Positions 12,823-25,152 of a stretch of DNA of 64,000 nt are shown one piece after another. The first letter of the stretch is position 1, and the number at the start of each line of letters is the position of its first letter. This stretch comes from Chlorokybus atmophyticus (Eukaryota; Plantae; Mesostigma and Chlorokybus algae): positions 461,368-525,367 of the forward strand of contig RHPI01002533.1 in NCBI GenBank assembly GCA_009103225.1. The letters are read 5' to 3'. The notes below the pieces were generated by a model that had not been told where the DNA came from, searched no databases, and saw only the letters and a program-made list of their open reading frames with translations. A program made the position numbers and the translations under genes.

Positions 12823-13151
12823 ACCATTGCTTATGGCACCTGCGTCATACAGCACTTGCAGATGTCACTGTGGTGAACAATCACAGCTTTGGTTCATTGC
12901 AATCACGCCCTAGTGCTGAGCTGAGTACAGCTGATTATAGCAGTAACAGGCAGCAGCCACTTGGCTCACCAACTGAGTCAGCATGTTCATAACTATGCAT
13001 CAATTTCACTCCACACAGTAATGATCGTTGCTTGCAAGTCAGGCGGTAACATGCGCTCTTACCAACCTTGGCACGGCCAACATGACAACAAAGCAACACA
13101 GCGTGCAAAACGCGCCAGAAAGCAGTTTACCATTGTTGCTTACTGAATCAC

Positions 13152-14767
13152 TTACTGCAGCCAGCTGCAACCATGCGACCATGTGCAAAGGGTGCGTAAC
13201 AAGCTCAGCCTATTCAAGCCAGCTAGAAGCAGGGCTGCCAGCAGCGACTTGGCTATCGCACTTGACGCGACAGGTGCCAACGCATTCTTGCTTGGCATTC
13301 TGCGAAACCCGGCCAGTGCACAGAACCACACAAGGGCAAACAACAGCATGCTCAAGTGCCCTGCGTAGCTGGAAAGCAGGACTGCCGTGGATGTCTGCCA
13401 GGTTGTCTTGCACTCCGCTGCACGACACCAGTAGTGCAACCACTGAGCCGTGACGTACGCGCATGGAACCATGCCATACACGAATCCCGCAAACCTCCAA
13501 GGCAACCGCTTGGCTGATACTCCCGCAACTAGTGGTAGCTCCTGGTAAATAGGCAGGCCCATTGCTAGGCTTCCAATGATGTAAAGCGCCACTCCAGCAG
13601 TCCCATACACAGGCCCATGCCAGATGCTTGCCAGGACAGCACCAAGGGAGTGGAGAGTTATCACTGCTGGACTGCTCGCGCGAGGCAGCTGAATCCGGCT
13701 AACAACCAGCATCAGCATGATAGACAGCACGATGGATAGCCAATGTCTCAATGCTCCAGGCACCAACGCGGCAGCTAGTGCTGGCAACAGGATGATTGAT
13801 ACATTCCAGATGGTGAGATAGGGCCGTTTTGCTGGCTGATCGCAGTTCAAGCCACAGGCTTTGAGAAGAGATACCCACAACACACGCCGCCTGCTGTCAG
13901 TCGAGCGCAACCCAAGGCACAACGTGCGCACGTCATCATTAGCATCCTCCTGCAACCAGGAGTAGTCCAGCTCTGCATGCACGCCGCTGAGGACCGCAAC
14001 GCCTTCTCCCCACTTGCATGCGCACGCTGCTATTTTATGCACGGGATTGCCCTCACGCCCGATCAGCTGATACACAGCCAGTGTCTTGCCACCACGAAAC
14101 CCTTCCGGTGCTTCTTCTGGAACATCGGTGAGTTCACAACCCCCGTTGAAGTAAGAGTACACCAATGTGCCTTCCGGGACCAGCCGCAAAGGTGCGAGGC
14201 AAGCACCAGCTTCGCTGTTGTACGTGTACGGCTTCAGCACCGGCCCTCTGGCAGTCCCTGGATGGAAAGCCAACTCTCTCGTGCCAACAACCTCCAGCTC
14301 TGTGCCTTTGGCGAACTCGCAATGCGCGCTGCCAAAGTACGCCCCTGCACATATGCCGAGGTACGCGCCGCCGTCGTTGACAAACTGTTTGATACGCTCT
14401 GTTCCGCGACCGTTCAATACCGCACAATAGGGCAGATCAGCACCACCTGCATGCACGATGATGCGTAAGTCATCGCCATGAAGGAGATAACCTTGCATCA
14501 AAGGTTGAACCAACGCTGTTGTGCACACACCAGCCTGCAACTTGCTGTGGCTGCATGACTTGACACTGTGAGCGTGCATGCCTATAACATACCAGGAATT
14601 ATAAGCAAAGCAGTTGAGGTTTCCCAGCCACCAGCGATGAGCTCATCTGGCAGGATCTCCGTGACCCTATACGCAGAACCCACCGTCTCGCGCACTGCCT
14701 CTATTACACTGAGAACGCCGCGAGCGCCTGTTCCAGGACCCGCGTAAACTCGTACGGAAGAAGCCAT
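13152..14767 (-). CDS. Biotin-protein-ligase N-terminal (BPL_N, class I GATase-like) domain fused to a multi-pass hydrophobic C-terminus
   Basis: join(14767..14593,14446..13152): VRVYAGPG...LLIIPG|GADLPY...GGAYLGICAGAYFGS...FNGG...VLSGVHAE, followed by several hydrophobic stretches. No BPL catalytic domain. Confidence 0.85.
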
Positions 14768-14792
14768 GCAGCAGCGCAGGAGCTCGCCACGC

Positions 14793-14800
14793 TAGGGTTT
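14793..14800 (-). promoter_or_regulatory. Telo-box AAACCCTA
   Basis: Exact AAACCCTA on the minus strand about 25 nt upstream of the BPL_N ATG. A single 8-mer could be chance. Confidence 0.4.
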
Positions 14801-15001
14801 ATGAGTGTCTGCATGCAAAGGTGGCTCAGTGCCCTTTTTCACCGAAACTTGTTCACTGCCACAATTGGGTGACGGTCATGCTTTGTAGATGAGTAAAAGA
14901 CGTAGTTCCGGATTAACCTGAAATGCCTAATCCGCAGCAAGCCTCACCTTGCTAAGAGCGCTGACTTGAGGGATTTAATAGCGAGTAGGTGCAACGCACA
15001 G

Positions 15002-15790
15002 TCAATTGGCAGCTTTTTGGTTGGCTTGCTGCTCACTCCGAAGCTGCTTTATGAGGTCGTCTTTGCGACGCAATTCGGCCTGAGCTGTCTGCGTAATACA
15101 AACAAGCTAGATTGCTATGCTTGTTTTGCGAATTGAACACAACGCGATGCCAACAAAGACTGCCCCCACCAACGCCACAGCAATGTCTTTGACGTATCAC
15201 CTTGAATATGCAGGATATGTTCCGCACCAGGACTGTCCGCTCATCCACCAGCTCTTGCACCTGCAGGTTGGGACTCAACACTAACAGACCTGCCAGATTT
15301 GTTGTCAAGCGAAGCAGGTCTGAGTTACAAACAAGGCAAACATGCGCGTCATACAACTTCACCTGCTGTTGAAGCGTAGCAACTTGACCTCTCAAAGCTG
15401 CCACTTCAGAGTCCGACTGGTCCAACCGCTTTTGCAGCTGCTACAAACACAACGTACATGACCAGTTCGCCCAGCACTGAATGGTATGCCTGCCATGCTT
15501 CAGACACAACATGCATGTGACCAGCAAACACCTTGTCCCAAACGCAACTTGTCTATGCATGCTGCATTGCACAAGGCGGTTATATGCTGCCGACTGAGTC
15601 ATGCAGCTTGATAAACGTACAACCTTATTCCATCTGGCATTGGTGGTACCATTCTGTGCACAGCAACACAGCACTGTCTGACGCAATGCTGTCTGCTGCA
15701 CACTTGCCCGCTTACCTCCTTTGGGGTCTCAGTAGGCTCTTTCAACGCTGCCGTCAGGTCGCCATACAAGTCTTCGCTGCCCTCACTCAT
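15002..15790 (-). CDS. Small (~99 aa) coiled-coil protein resembling the N-terminal domain of FLASH/CASP8AP2
   Basis: Four exons with GT-AG boundaries: MSEGSEDLYGDLTAALKEPTETPKE|QLQKRLDQSDSEVAALRGQVATLQQQ|VQELVDERTVLVRNISCIFK|TAQAELRRKDDLIKQLRSEQQANQKAAN*. Confidence 0.65.
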
Positions 15791-16066
15791 GACCAGCGCT
15801 GCAGTTCCTCACCAGCCATCAGCCACTCCAGCAAGCGTCCGTGGTAGCAATGCATGCATTCCAACTTACGCCAACCCCACCAGCATCCGCACAAGCCTCA
15901 GAGCACAACACCAGCAGATACAGCAAGTCAATCCGACCAATCCCACACGTGGACACTGTCGCAACGCCACCAACACCGCCGCCAACACCGCCGCTCTCCT
16001 CAGCGACGACGCTCTGTACTGAGCCTGCTCACATCCAAGGTTGTTGTCTGCTTTGTCAAGGTGGTC

Positions 16067-18046
16067 ATGGCGACATCGGCGGCGGCGGTGTCGGGCTACT
16101 GCGCCTTGCCGTCAGCGTGCGCCTTGGCTACGCTGCGAGCGCACCGCCCTCCGCTCGCCCCCACCACCAGGCCCCTCCTGCTGTCACAGAGGCGGACAGA
16201 CCGTCGCCGCCGGCGGCGGCGAGGCCAAACGGCAGCTGCACAGGGAGCAGGCGGTGTTCCCGACAAGAGTAAGTGCCAGTTTGTAAGCTGTTGCAGAAGC
16301 AATGGTGGTTCCTAGACAGCAATTGCTTGAGGCGCATTGATTGTTTTGGCGGTTTGCAATTGTCTTGGGTTGAACATGCATGCACACAAACCTTGGCATG
16401 TGCGCGTACTGCCAGTTTCAATTGCATTGCATTGGCTGGGTAAAATAGTACACAACTGGCGGGACTTTACTGAATGGGCATGCACAGTCCCAAGGCCCAA
16501 GCATGGGAAAAACCCTTACAGCCAAGCTTGCAGCAAAGCTTTATCCACGCAAAAAGCCTTTCTGCATGTGAGATACGCACGCAACTTATGTACGCAAAGG
16601 TAACCCCACGCGCTGCAGGTCAGGCCAATGTATATAAGGTTCCAGTGGTAGCGAGTGTTGATTTCAATGCCGATGATGTGCACAAGCAAGCGCGCACGTC
16701 GCGGGAATCGTCAGATGTCTGCACAAAGGTGCACACACGTCCCGCTGTTGACAAGCTTGTTGCTCTGCTGCTGTCGTGCTGCTTCAGCGTTGCACAGGCA
16801 CTCACTGTGTTTTCAGGGAGCAGCGTGCTGTTCAGCACCAGGTGATGATAGCCAGCAGGAAGTACATTCAGACAACTTAGTAGCCAGAACAAGACGGCGA
16901 AGCAGTCATCTGGGCGAAGCTGCGCATCAGGTTAGCATTGCAATGACGTGCTGCATGGCTTTCCATAACAGCGTCTTGCATTGCACTCATGATGACAGCA
17001 ATGCACATGAGCATGTGCACACATCGAGTTACTGCTTTGTTTACAGAGTTTGGAGGTAGCCAGCAGCAATGCGGCTTCCCTATGGCAGCGCTTTGCGAAG
17101 CGTGCAGTTGTAGCATCAATGGCTGCGGTGCTGTGCATGCCATCAGCTGCCAATGCGTATAACCTATTTGGATCCCCTCTGGACAAAGACCCTGTTGAGC
17201 CTTTTACCATTTATGGCACCATCTTGTGAGTGTCATTTGTGCACCTCGTGACCATTGTGCTTGTGTGTCAAGTTACCCTGCTGATAAGCGTTTTCAACAT
17301 CCTGTTTGTTGTGCGCAGTAAGAAGTACCTGATAGAAAAGATAGAGAACGGCCGAGTGGTAGCGAGGAAAAAAGGCGTCACCGCAAAATGCTGGCAAGTT
17401 GACTCATTGGGTAATGCTGTGTGCACCGTCACGTGCATATCACTTCATGACAGTGCTTGCGAGGTGCACAGTAATCATCATATAGGTTCAAAGCAGTTCC
17501 GTGACATTGCAATATCTTGCAAGTGACATGTTGATTATTTGTTTCTGTATTCAGTGCCACAGCAATAGAGCCCACATTTGAAACACCTGAGTTTCGCGGA
17601 CTACCCATTGGGATGAAGGTGAGCAACGAAGTGGAATGCACACATTTACTGGTTTGCTGTGCCCTCCTTCTCACTACTTACCTGCGGACGTTCGACAGAT
17701 GAATGTTCCTGGATATGACCCACGTTGCGCCAAGGGAGAGGCCCCCACGAAGGAGGAGGCCTGCATCCAGCCGTGTGAGACGGCTTGCGCGGCTGCGATT
17801 GATGACCACATCAAGCGCGAAAAATCTCTCTCTGGTTACGTCGTGGATGCGAAGGATAGGGCCAACGTGCTCAAGCGGTGCTCGAGACAGTGTATCAACG
17901 AATGTAAGCTCCATGCCCTGTTTTGGGGTCAGTACTTCTCTGAAGCGCAACACAGACAGCTGTGTTTGAGTGTCAACATAGCTGTGTTGATTGCAGGCTT
18001 ACAACCCGGAAATTCGTCATCTTTTGTGGCTCCATTTCGACCTTGA
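16067..18046 (+). CDS. Plastid-targeted Cys-rich protein with a probable thylakoid-lumen signal
   Basis: Transit-peptide-like start MATSAAAVSGYCALPSAC..., hydrophobic AKRAVVASMAAVLCMPSAANA/YNLF, then DKDPVEPFTIYGTI..KKYLIEKIENGRVVARKKG, CIQPCETAC...CSRQCINECLQPG...FVAPFRP*. Confidence 0.7.
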
Positions 18047-18608
18047 CAGTGGGATGCCATCCAGCTGTCAAGGATCACCCACAAGTGTGCAGCACCTCAG
18101 TGCCTAATGTTTCCTGCACCTCCGCACCACTTGTTCCCAGGCAACTACCTGAATGGTCCAGCAAAAGTCGTGCAAGCGCCAAACTTTTGTGGCAGTGGTT
18201 GCATCTGGCCATAAAACGATGGCGACCGCTGCAGCAAGACAGCCTGCGTACTTGCACAGCTGGAAGGTGCTGGGTAGCCACTGCAGCCTCTGCACTCACG
18301 AGTTTGTAGACGGTATGGAGCGAGCGCTGCACAACTGCACTTGTGACACTGAGTGCTGGTGCTGGCTTGCGCTTGCATTAGTCATGCTGGCGATAAGCAG
18401 TGAGGCACTGAGTCTGCTTTGCTGCCAACTAGTTGATGGTTTGGCAGCCCCTACCCAACCTGTGTTGGACATGCCTACACGTGCAGCCTGAATGCAATTA
18501 CATAGTATATCCACATCATTGAGAGCGTTGATGATGGCGGATGCTACATTCTGTTTTGCATACAATCACTGGCAGATTCACATGCGAGACCAATGCTGGC
18601 GTTGCAAA

Positions 18609-19765
18609 TCAACTGGTTTTCAATTTACTTATCCAACTTTTCTTGTCGTGTTGGTTTTGCAAACACTGTTCCAACTCAGCGACCCGCTGTTGCAACTGCT
18701 TAACTTGCTGTTCTTGCAAATCAACTTGCGCCCTCACTGCCTGGATTTGCAAAGAACAGAGAAAACAGCTGTTGGCCTGCTGTTGACAGGTGCACTTGAC
18801 TTGCGCAATGCAAGGACAACACATGTTGCCGGCTTATAACATGCTGCAATACAAGCCCAGTGTACCTCTCGATCTTGCCGCAACTGATCATCCTTCCGCC
18901 TTTCCTTCTGTGAACTCCTATTGTACTCAAACAAAACAACTCCGCTCGCAATCTGCGACACACAACGTCAAGGTCATGTCCTAAGCATTGAGATTGATGT
19001 TGTAGTTAAGTGTGCACAAAGTGTGATAGGATGCACTTACTGAAAAAATGACGGTTTCTCCAATAAAGTCCGCAGCATTCTGTATGGCACGCTCTTCGTT
19101 CAACGGGCGGATCTGCTCCTGTGCTTCCTGGCCGCCATACAGCTGCCGTGCGAGACGCACATTGATGCGGTGATAGGCTTGTGCGAAGCCCACAATCACC
19201 TTACGGAAACCTGGCCTGTTGACCGCTTCTTTCTACTTGCATGAAACATTAGCGAAGTAAGTCCCATGAGTGCAACATCCATGGGTGTTTCATTGTAGAA
19301 AAAAAAGGACACGAGAAACATACCAACAAAGCTATCGTATGTGTGTGTGCGCGCACGTGTGTGTGCATGCGCGTGTAAACTCCATAGAGACAAGCTCTCA
19401 GTTTACACATAACAAGGCGCAAAGAGGCTGCCAAGTTGGTTGCAGCACACATTGGCATGATCGCAGCATCAGAGGCAAATAGTTGGGAACTTCAAAGTGT
19501 CTAATCAAACTGTTGTCGTATTGCTAGCAAGCTTGGAATAGATGTACACATAACCTCACGACTAGAGTGTGGTTATGTGTACACATCTGGATGAGACCTG
19601 GTTGCATTGAATGAATAAAAAGACCCTGTACCAAGGACGTACCAAATGTGGAAACCAATAACAATGCGAACGAGTTTGCAAACCTACCTTTACTCTTTGG
19701 GCAAGGGGTTTGGAGAGCGTCCTGATCACCAGAGTGCCTAGCTTAGCGAGCGGCAGCACCGCCAT
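18609..19765 (-). CDS. OPA3: OPA3-like mitochondrial protein
   Basis: MAVLPLAKLGTLVIRTLSKPLA...FAQAYHRINVRL...IRPLNEERAIQNAADFIGETVIFS|IASGVVLFEYNRSSQKERRKDD, followed by a coiled coil. Confidence 0.92.
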
Positions 19766-20398
19766 GTACAGACCGCCTGCACCCAACCGCGGCTAGCGGT
19801 GGGTCCAGGGCAGGACGGACCAAGCTAGCCCAGCCTTGGGCACCGGCCGCATGCAAGTGGAGAAAACTATCACTCACAGCAACAGATAGCAGCTCCCGTG
19901 AGATACACAGACGTGAACACTGAGCTTGCTTGCTTCTTATGCAACCCCAGACATGGTCAGCTGTTGTATGCGTTGCGGCTGAGCTGCAAATAGTGCTGCT
20001 GCAAGAAGAAAAGGCGATCAATGACACTGTCAACCAACAGACCGCCTGCGCCTGCGCCTCTGCCTCAACAACACCCCGCTCCCGCGTTGCAGCGAAGTTG
20101 TTATCGCATATGTGTACTGAGAGATCGCGCTAAGTTGCTGCAGGCAGCGGGTGAATGATGTTGAGTTCTTTGCACAGAAGCCAAAGAGTCTTGCACGCTA
20201 TTCCCGCTACTCAACGTCTGGAGTTTGTATTTCGGCTTCTCTGAACCAAGCTTCTGCTTCCAGACACCGCTTCACTGCCACTTGTGAGGTCGAGTTGTGG
20301 CACCCGCCGATTGGGTCAGGCCATGCGTTCCGTCCATGCTCAAACTTCTGTGAATCACTACGTTTCACAGTTCACATCTTGCGTGAATTACCGCCCTC

Positions 20399-21874
20399 AT
20401 GGCTGCGGCGGTGACCGTGGCGGTGTCGCCGTCCTTGTTCATAACGGTACCCGGGCTGCAGAGAAGGAGGAGGCGGGTCGAGGGTGGGGCGAGAGTTGCC
20501 GTCTGTGGCGGTGCGAGGAGCCAGCAGCAGGGACTGTTTGGGGTGGGGGTATGAGTGAGTAAAGGCATGTGTTTGATGTGCTGTGCTGCTGCTGTTGACA
20601 AAAAAGGCTGTCTTTTTGCAAAAAGATGGTACATGGGGCGAATGCTACGGACAGGCACCCCTGTGCCACAATCCCTGCATTCTATATGATATACTGTAGC
20701 CACGACGCATTCACTTGACTTGTCATTTTTCCTGCTCGTACCTTACACGCATGCGCATCCAAACAAAACGAGCAACAGGCCTACATTGTGAGTGCTCCTG
20801 CGCATTGTTTGCATACGTTTCATGATGGGTCTCAACAGGGTTTCTTCAAAGGCAAGAACGACGGCAAACAACAGAGGTCGAAAACAAGTCCACCTGATGT
20901 GGGCCTGCTACAACCACAGTACACGGTAATAAACAATACCTCTGCAGCTGCTTCAGTCTTTTGAAACGGCGCGTGCAGATTAATGCAATTGAACTGATGC
21001 TCCCTGGGACCCGTAATTTTAGCGCAGGTCTTGAAAGCTGATGACAAGTATGAAGTACGCATGTATACAGCGCATGTGGTTGTAGAGACTGAGTACGAAC
21101 GCAGGCCCGATGGTGAGTATGACAATAAAGCTGAACAGCTGGTGACATCAACTGCCAACCTTACTCATCATGCTTGCAGGCTACTTAGCTTTGGGTGAGT
21201 ATGCTGGCGGCGAGAATGCCGAGGGCGTGAAGTTGATTGACACTGCCCCAGTTACAATGGACTACCCGGCCTCCAGTCAGGTAAGCATACAAACACTGTA
21301 CATGCTTGTGTGTTGTTGAGCATTGTGCACAATCGCTCATTATGCACAGCTGCAGGGTGCAAAGACGATGTCGCTGTATGCACGGCGACGAGACTCGGAT
21401 AAAATGCCCCCTTTGCCCCTCAACCCGGCATTGCAGCTGCGCATCGCTGGTGGCGAAGCAGGCAAGGAGGGACATCAGGCATGCACATGTGCAATGCAAA
21501 TCAACACGTTCACATTGATAACGCTGATGTTGTGCCTCACAGTGGCAGTGCTGCCCTTCACTGGCAACGCGACTCCAGCAGCGGCAGCATCTGCGCGCTC
21601 TGAGCTGGTGAAGCTCCTCTCCAGAGATGGCGTAGCGTTGGCCGAGGAGTACCGCGATGGGGCGTTCTGCATCGCTCAGGTGAGGGGGGCGGGGAGGGGG
21701 GGAGTGTGCGTGGTTCTCTGTTGCCTGCGTGTGTGGCCAGCAAACATGTGTAGAGTGCGTGTTGACTGCTGGCGGTTACGCCGGCCAGTTGGTTTACACG
21801 CATGCTTGCAGTATGGCCCTATCTACGCGCTGCTGCAGCGGGTGAACGAGCTGCACCTAAAGGTGGACCTGTAG
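20399..21874 (+). CDS. SOUL heme-binding family protein, probably plastid-targeted
   Basis: Transit-like exon 1, then VLKADDKYEVRMY...GYLALGEYAGGEN...TAPV...KTMSLY...PPLPLNPAL...VAVLPFTGNAT...AQ|YGPIYALLQRVNELHLKVDL*. Confidence 0.8.
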
Positions 21875-22041
21875 TGTAGACCCTCACAGAGTGCTTCAAC
21901 AAGGCAAGCGTCCAAATGGTGCAAGAGGGAATGGTATTGTCTGGTTATATTTCTGCCTAGCCAGCCTGTTGCAACGGTTAGGTACAGAGGGGAGAATTCG
22001 GCGTAGCATGCTGTTTCTTGAAACCTTGGTTATTATTACAG

Positions 22042-24208
22042 TTAGTCCTTTGCGTCCATGATGCCTCCAGCAGTGATCTGGTAGACGTGTATGGCTGTCA
22101 AGGCGTAACAAGCTGACAGTGGGTGAGTGCAAGCACACATACTGCATCATGTTCAAACTTTTCTGTTTGGGTGGATATAGCTTCGGCTTCCGGAAGGTTC
22201 GGGGAGTCGTAAATCTTCATCACTCGCTGCTCGCCCTTCCCTTTGCGCAGGCTCAATCGAACAGTTGATGCGTGCGCCATGACATGACCGCCAGCGGGCT
22301 TCTTTGGGTCAGCAACAAACATGGCGCCCGCTCCAGGATCCGAGATAACTGGTGCATAGACAGTCATATAGGCAGCCATGCAAGGCTCATGCATCCGTGG
22401 TGCTAACCGCATTGCGTAAGCACCTTGATTCGTGTAGTACACTGCCACATTGAACTCCTCAGCAATCTTCACCAGTGTGGACAGGAATCTTGCCAGTTTT
22501 TGCTGCAAGCAGTGGCACGCGCGTGAGTGTATACATGTCTTAATACAACTGCAGGATGGAAGAGATGTCACCATGCGTGCTTACTTGTCTTTCGGCAAGC
22601 TCTCCTCTGCCTGAGAAGTCTACCCGGAACAGTGCAGTGATGGAATCGATAATCTGCAACAGGTAGTGAGCACGCAGATTGTTGGACTGCGCTTGGTGAC
22701 AGCACCTACCAGAAGCCTGAAAGGTTCCTCGACCATCTTTGCAGCAAGGGCCATCAGCAGGTCTTGTTGATGTTCGTGGGTGTATGCGCGAGCATAGACA
22801 ATGTTGTCCAGCACAGCATTGGCGTCCAGGCTGTACCGCTCAGCAATGGGAATGATGCGATCTGGACGACTGCAGCCATAGTGTCAAGGCAAGCAAGTAA
22901 TTGAAGAGTGCGTGCTCAAGAGAGAAAGATAAAGCATTGCATACTGGCTGAATGGGATACAATGTTCCCTCAGTGTCGATGTAGGCCACCTTGCCCGCAC
23001 CACCCTTCATGGACACTGGTAACTGTGTTGTGACACAGAATGTATGTGCCAGTTGAGTCTTTCCAGTTCTGTAGAGGCCAACGCAAGCATTAGCACACTG
23101 CACTCAACATAGGTTCACGTACTACTACAGACTTTGCAGTATATCTGGTTGTGATGGTCAGCGCATGCCAAAGAAGGTTGTACCTGAATTCTCCAAAGGC
23201 CTCTGTCAAGCACATGGTCTCCAGGCCACCTGTCAGTTCAATAGCTGTGTGCAATGTCTCTCACCCGTTAATCAAACACTCGCAGTCAATCTCTCACCTC
23301 CAAGCAGATCATCAAGGGCTGTTGAGCCTGTTGTTATCCGAATGACGCTTTTACGCTGCAGGCCACCAGACGGCAGAGTGTGTAAGTGTTGCAGGAAGCA
23401 ACGTTGACTCTCTGTGCATTTAGAAGGCTCTACTTGACAGACAAGAAGGGCTAACTGTTCAAGAGCCGGGTCTCACCCGCTCAAGAACAGCGTTGCCTGT
23501 GATGTAGCCTGCGTTCTGCAAGACAGGTAGCACTGTTGTTAGGTTTCAATGAACGCCAGTGCCAGCGTGCACTTTTTGGTTGTTGTCAAGCCTGTCGCAG
23601 AAGTTTAGAATGCAATACATGCAAACCTCCTGCCAGAACTTACCGGCAGAACTTTGGCAACGGCTTCAGCCATCTTCTCAACCTTTCCTTCGGACAAGCC
23701 CTTGATGTTGGCCAGCACTTTGCGTGTTCGCATAAGGAACCCATTGCAAGTGTAGATGCCAGCCTCCTTTAGCTTCTTTACGTCGCCAGCATTGATGCCG
23801 AATGAGGTCACTGAAACAGCAAAGAGACCTTTGTTAGCTGCTATTGTCAATTGCAAGAGCAATGGAGACTACAGTACGGCTGTCATGCATGTTGGAGCAT
23901 GCCGGCAGCAGGCGGCATCACAGCTGTGTACAGTCTGAAGCTTGACTAATACATTTGCTTCTGCAGCTACTGCTAAGCAGGCGCACTAGTTGCCAGCAAG
24001 CAGGTGCGCGTACGTTTTTCCAAGTGACAGAAAGCTGCACGCACAAGCTCACAAGCAGAGCCTTGGCTTGTGTACTAAGCAGCACAAGCGGTCACTTACA
24101 CTTGTCTATGGACTCAAAGCTTTCTTCCTCGTCAGCATCATCATCAACCATAGCAGCTTCATCGACAGCCTCTGGTGGCGGGGCAGCAGCCCGACGACTG
24201 GCAAGCAT
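22042..24208 (-). CDS. DMC1: Meiotic recombinase DMC1
   Basis: [97 protein letters not shown]-terminus [13 protein letters not shown]. These are DMC1-specific variants rather than RAD51. Confidence 0.96.
22087..22178 (-). other. U12-type AT-AC intron in DMC1 (92 nt)
   Basis: 5' end ATATCCACC, branch CCTTGAC (22103-22097), 3' end ...CATACAC. Removal restores EAEA|VYQITAGG. Confidence 0.88.
22870..22960 (-). other. U12-type GT-AG intron in DMC1 (91 nt)
   Basis: 5' end GTATCCCA, branch CCTTGAC (22889-22883) followed by 13 nt ending in AG. Removal restores EGT-F-RPDRI. Confidence 0.75.
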
Positions 24209-25152
24209 GTAAGTGTGAGCAGCATGATCAAGATGTCGCACCACGGGGCTTAGCCTGTGCCATACAGCGTGCACTGAGTGCTGTGCTGGCTAATAACATG
24301 GCCAGCACTAGCGTGGTGGTTGCACAGTCAGTGCAGAGATTACGACAGCTGTGCCTGATGAGCAATGCAAAGAAACAGTCTGCAACTTGCAGTGCCATTG
24401 CAGCAAGTGCGTTGCCTGAGTTTACAGTACCAGTGGCACGGTGCAAGAAGACCACCGACAGTGAAAACTCTAACATGCAATGCACGTGCAATGAGCAATA
24501 CAGGTGACTGCTTGTGTTATATTGAACCAGCTCAGCTTCCTTGCTGTAATCGCACTTGCCATAGCACTCACCTTCTCTCTGAGACGGTCATGGTGGCAGC
24601 TTTACAGGTGGAGACCAGCGTTCAGGTGAATTGCTGGTGGTTGCTTGGTATGCTAAGCAACTCAACCCACAGCTTACGGTCACCGTACAGTGCCAGATCG
24701 CGTGTGGACACCTGCTGAACTGTACACGCAGCGGAGGTAAGGCATGCATGCATACATGCTCCACTTGGTTGCGCAGCATGTGTAAAGCAACACAGCAGCA
24801 GACTTTGAAGCAGCGCACTTTCCCTAGCGGCACCACACCAGGCCAACACACCTTCTGTCCACCTAAGTTGCTTGCAACCTCTCAGCGCTTCACTGACATG
24901 CAGCGAGCAGCAATGCACTCCGACGCAAGCAACGAGCAGCTATTTATGCATGCTGCAACAAAGCGATATCCTATTCAGCCATGGTGAATATCTGTACCGT
25001 GGACCGCGATATCGCGAATCTGGTGCCTGTACAATCTGATCAGTCAGCAAGTGATTCACTGCTTCAGAAATTTGTTCACTCTTCAAGAGTGAACAATAGC
25101 ACATAACACGCAAGTCGTGTCATTAGCGGTAGGCGTGTTGGGGTGGGTGGCG

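Noticed and set aside
4258-14767. Functional gene cluster (UGT-FkbM, DRM, BPL_N-TM)
   Set aside because: Three unusual architectures are adjacent, but nothing in the sequence links their pathways; treated as coincidence unless synteny or co-expression shows otherwise.
20150-20250. C/D box snoRNA
   Set aside because: Imperfect C box (ATGATGT), no terminal stem and no guide I could match to rRNA.
22042-24208. RAD51
   Set aside because: [26 protein letters not shown] and the GGIMDAKD ending are DMC1-type.
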